NCBI GenBank assembly: GCA_965649825.1
Contig: OZ287694.1
Coordinates: 371,197 to 435,196, forward strand
Direction of reading: 5' to 3'
DNA from: Penicillus capitatus
Taxonomy: Eukaryota; Plantae; Chlorophyta
DNA: 64,000 nucleotides
Notes under the pieces: generated by a model
Database searches by the model: none
Seen by the model: the letters and a program-made list of their open reading frames with translations, nothing else
Told to the model about the DNA's origin: nothing
Program-made: the position numbers and the translations under genes
Shown: positions 60,339 to 64,000 of the stretch, one piece after another
Numbering within the stretch: position 1 is the first letter of the stretch
Layout: every line of letters begins with the position of its first letter

Positions 60339-60584
60339 GTACCTTCGTTTAGTCAATAGCAATAGCAGATATTCTTCAAAATATGTCGCCCGCGTACCTA
60401 CCTGGTTGACAGCGTCTCTCCGTCCAACGAGCGCATCTTGTACCATGTAGGATTCGTTGCACTGCAGAGACAATTCAAGGCATGATGCCTGTCTTTTCAG
60501 CCGCTGTTCGATCATTTGATAATGACCGCGTTAGTTCGGACGACGCATTCTGCAACGTTTCGTTCTGCAGTCTACGTCCACGAG

Positions 60585-61160
60585 ATGCGAAGCTTTCTTC
60601 TCCGTTTCAAGCTCTGTCTGCTCTGCTGCGCGAGCGCGCAGCAGAGCAGACAGACTTGCGCTGTTCAAAGCGCGTCGCTGCGTCCACCAGACGCAGCTTC
60701 TGCAGTCGACGGTTCTCCTCCACCGACTGCGTCGCATCTCTCCAGCGGGTGCTGTGTCGCGTCTAGGCTACATGGACGACGAACTGCCTACCACACCGTC
60801 TGAAACGCCAGCCGACTTCACCACAAACCATTCACAAGACGTTAGTCAATCATTCTCCTGCCGCCATTCGACTGAGAGGGCATTAACCATTCCATCTTTT
60901 TCTGTAGACGGCAAACGGGGAGCGCACTCCACCACTTTCCGACTCATCCGACCGAGGAATCGCTACAGGTTCGGCTTTTCCTGTCCATCGCACAGAACGC
61001 TGAATTCTGACGACGATTAAACTTGTCAGGGTTCGCATGTGCCTTGATGCGAGAGGACAAGGAAAGATGTACCACAATGGACGGCCAAACATGGCTCGTC
61101 GACAACGGTGTCCTTGGACAAATTGACAACGACCTGCAGATGCTCGTCCACTGCACAAAG
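60585..61160 (+). pseudogene. Receptor gene E: 5' exons only, truncated in the N-domain
   Basis: MRSFLLRFKLCLLCCASAQQ..., YMDDELPTTPSETP and GFACALMREDKERC...QIDNDLQMLVHCTK, followed by unrelated sequence. Confidence 0.85.
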
Positions 61161-62595
61161 TTCGACGAAAGGTAGAGGTAGCATCCTTTCATGGTTTCCC
61201 TGCACGTGAGTGGTCGGGTTTCCACAAAGGAGTGCATTGAGTGCAGGATCGACGACAAATCTGAAGTGACGGCGATCAATTTGACTATCTGATTAACCAT
61301 CTCTACTTGTCAGAAGGACTGGGTCTCTCACATCGTGACTGCCACGTTGTCTAAAGATTCTGTCTCCGAATGGGCGCTTACATGAGGTTTACGTTAACTT
61401 GTAGATTCTTCCCCGTGGTCCTGATAGGTCGATGACTCATCTGTCATGTCACCTGTGGCTTACAAATACGTGAACGTAGACCTTTGTATACCTTTGCTCT
61501 ATAATACGCGAAGCATTCCGCTGACACTATTACCATCAAGCATCACCTGAATTTTTTAATCTCGTGGCGATCACTGATGCAAACAATCCTCCAAATGGCC
61601 GAGGTGGTCCATCATCATAGTATGTGTGTGTTACACGTGTAATCTCTTTCATCTGAGCCTAGTTAGCCCTGATTGCTCGGACGACGCATACCGGCGCGAA
61701 TAAGACGCTCGCGGGCGGTGTTGTGGACGTTCACTCTTTCTTTGGAACGATGCATCTTCTTGAAACACTGCTTCAACACAATTTTTCATATCTTCTTCAA
61801 ATGCGACATGGGTACGAATATGCAACGCCGCGCTTCAGCTTGTCTTCCAAGACTTCACTTCCGTTGACGGTCGTGGTTGATTGTCGGTCAATCAATGAAT
61901 CATAATAAAATGCCAGCAGCGTCAGGTGTCGTTTTCATTCTTTCATCGAGACTTCACGCGGCATCTGGCAGGCTTCATACTAGAGTACAGGCGACAATTT
62001 CTGCCTAAGCTCCATGGTCTGTTGCTCCAGAAGCTGCGCAGACACTTCCAAACTCTGTATCAACTCTGCCACATCTGTGAGGATCTGATTCGCATCTTCC
62101 GTCATCGCACAACGTTCAGCGCGCAGCTCCTGCAAATTAGTTTGGGAGACAGTTCACGGGTGCGGCGTCGATGCGAACCTTGACGGGTTCGTACAGATCG
62201 AGAGCTTGCGCAAGAAGAACCTTTGTATTTTCGCGGACAACGGCATTGCCCAGTCGGATGCCTTCGTAATCCAACAAGACGCGTTTCAGCTCCTTCAGCA
62301 TCAATGTGGAGAACTGCTCTGTCAACGTTTGGATTCCGATCTGCAGCATCTCCTTCGATTCCGCATCCAACTCTGGATTTCGCACGTCAGATTCTGCATT
62401 TCCACAACGGCCTCGGGCACCACCTCAACCAACGGTCTGACTCTTTACGTGTGGAGAATGGAGCTTGAATCATTCTGTCTGCTATTTGTTTTATTTCTTC
62501 TATGATGACGGTATCGGACGTTGAATTGACTTGTATCGGAAAGAGCTCTTGATAGGATCTCTGCTTGATGAACTGTGCGTTGCGTGTAAATTCTT

Positions 62596-63548
62596 TCACA
62601 AAACGAACGACAACGGCGTGTTGACGCTTCCTCGTATCGAGTCGTCTCTCATTCTGTCGAATCTGAGCCTCGGAGAGAATCCTGAACAACACCCCTCGTT
62701 GCAGCTTCTATGCAGCTTCGGTGACCACTTTTCCTGCTTCAGCATGGGCAGGATGTATTTGAACATCTGCTTTGGTGTGAACTCTGGATGCGATTGAATG
62801 GCCAGGACGTTCCGCAGGCACCAGATTTCGTTGACGCAGGTTGGAGAGGTGGCCAGAAGGACAGCTCCTTCCGGCAGTTCGACAACCTGATCGCCGTGCG
62901 ACTCGATCATCGACAGCGTTTTCGTCTCCGATCCTATAAACTTCGAAAACACAGGTAAGACTTCTAAACTTTCAACTGCCCTCGCAACAGAACGGGTCAC
63001 TCTTTGATCGCACACATTCCAGATAGCTTACCCGTCGCGATATACTCGCCGGGATTCTTTCCCACGCGACCCCCCAATGCCACGGCCAAGAGCTGGAAAC
63101 AAACCTCTCGGGGAGAAGACATCTGAAGGGCGATCGATGCACTTGTGCTCCAAAGCAGATGCCGACGACGAGGATCTGTTCTTGGGCGTATTGAGTGACC
63201 GTTTTGCACAGTCCAGCAATCCATGGCTGGGAGGCGTCGTTGACGGAGGAAGGACTGCCCGTAATAAAGATGGCATCGAAACGGTGTGCCTCCTCCACTG
63301 AAGGCCACTCACCGGAACAGCACTAATGCAACAAACGCCGTCACCGAAGCGCCGCCATCGCGCAGGCCGCTTGACCGCAAAAGCTTCCCACGTATCCGAC
63401 GCTTCGCCGTAGGTGTCGATGAAGAGTTCGATGAGGCCATCGACTGTCCCTTTCACATTCGCTCTAGGCTGCGCAGAGCCCAGCGCCGTTCGCTGGAGAA
63501 TGTGTGTGAGAGAAGTGTGACTTTACTTGTCTTGATGTTGCGCGCCAT
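62596..63548 (-). CDS. Class I glutamine amidotransferase (gamma-glutamyl peptidase-like)
   Basis: ELFIDTYGEASDTWEAF, FDAIFITGSPSS..D...WI, nucleophile motif GICFGAQ, ESHGDQVVELPEGAVLLATS, and His-Glu motif IQSHPEF. Confidence 0.85.
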
Positions 63549-64000
63549 CTTCCGGTCACAAAGCAACTTAATACCGCAAAGTGGCACATGTTGCGCAAAA
63601 AGGCACGATACGAAACAAGCTTCGTCTGTCGTACGCAAAATGCATCGAACGTGTGTGCCGATTCGGACGGCTGCGGTGCCACGATGTCTCGTCGGACGTC
63701 CTCGACGCCTTCGTGCTGCTCCACTGCGTCGCCAAACGATTCGCGCGACGGGATCGGATCCGCCGCCGGCAGAGGGAAGGAATTGGAATCCGTTCAAAGA
63801 GGACCCAGCCAAGCAGGTCACATCAAACGCCTTCTTTAAGGACTGCGACCCGCTTGGTTGTATAGGAGGCCGCAAAGAGGGCGGTGCAGGAGGCGATGGG
63901 CGGTCAAAAAGACGTTCTGGCAGATTTTGACGGCTCCGGTGGCGATGGGGACGACATTGGTGACGACGGCGACGAGGGATGGGATGAATGGACTTGGGAT

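Larger units (their letters stand above)
58900..61160 (+). repeat. Inverted segmental duplicate, copy 2
   Basis: Reverse complement of 44653-46012, with the 59233-60338 insertion and without the 45330-45533 solo LTR. Confidence 0.92.

Noticed and set aside
61926-62692. Short helical ORFs downstream of the amidotransferase
   Set aside because: No recognisable motif; a gene cannot be supported.

Overview
This window is from an intron-dense eukaryotic nuclear genome with the standard genetic code and GT-AG introns of about 50-60 nt. BBS5 implies flagellated stages; a green alga, possibly an ulvophyte, is my inference. There is no CRISPR array, rRNA or tRNA. (1) Left third, 0.5-22 kb: three apparently intact paralogous cell-surface receptor-like genes. 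Each has a signal peptide, a conserved N-domain, a beta-helix of Chlamydia-PMP-like GG(A/F) repeats, a Cys-rich region and a multi-pass TM domain. The number of beta-helix rungs differs greatly between them, and at least four more truncated or chimeric copies lie further right. (2) 27.6-31.6 kb: a non-coding module with diverged duplications, perfect 37-bp x9 and 22-bp x4.5 arrays, one complete canonical type I hammerhead ribozyme (+, 29094-29160) and a near-identical hammerhead core on the opposite strand (30210-30247). (3) 36-44 kb: an NTF2/G3BP-like pseudogene, a LINE lacking its RT core, and RRM/CCHC ORF1/gag-like remnants. (4) 44.6-61.2 kb: a recent inverted duplication of a receptor 5' module. 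Each copy was hit by a related LTR insertion, one of them a TRIM-like element with two dissimilar LTRs inside a perfect 5-bp TSD. The duplication brackets about 13 kb of intron-containing housekeeping gene copies, several of them damaged (EMC6, PGP phosphatase, ABCC, YeeE/YedE, BBS5, Cdc45-like). The motif GATGTGAC occurs about 34 times by manual count against about 2 expected, mostly outside intact coding sequence. All family assignments are from motif recognition by eye; no database searches were run.
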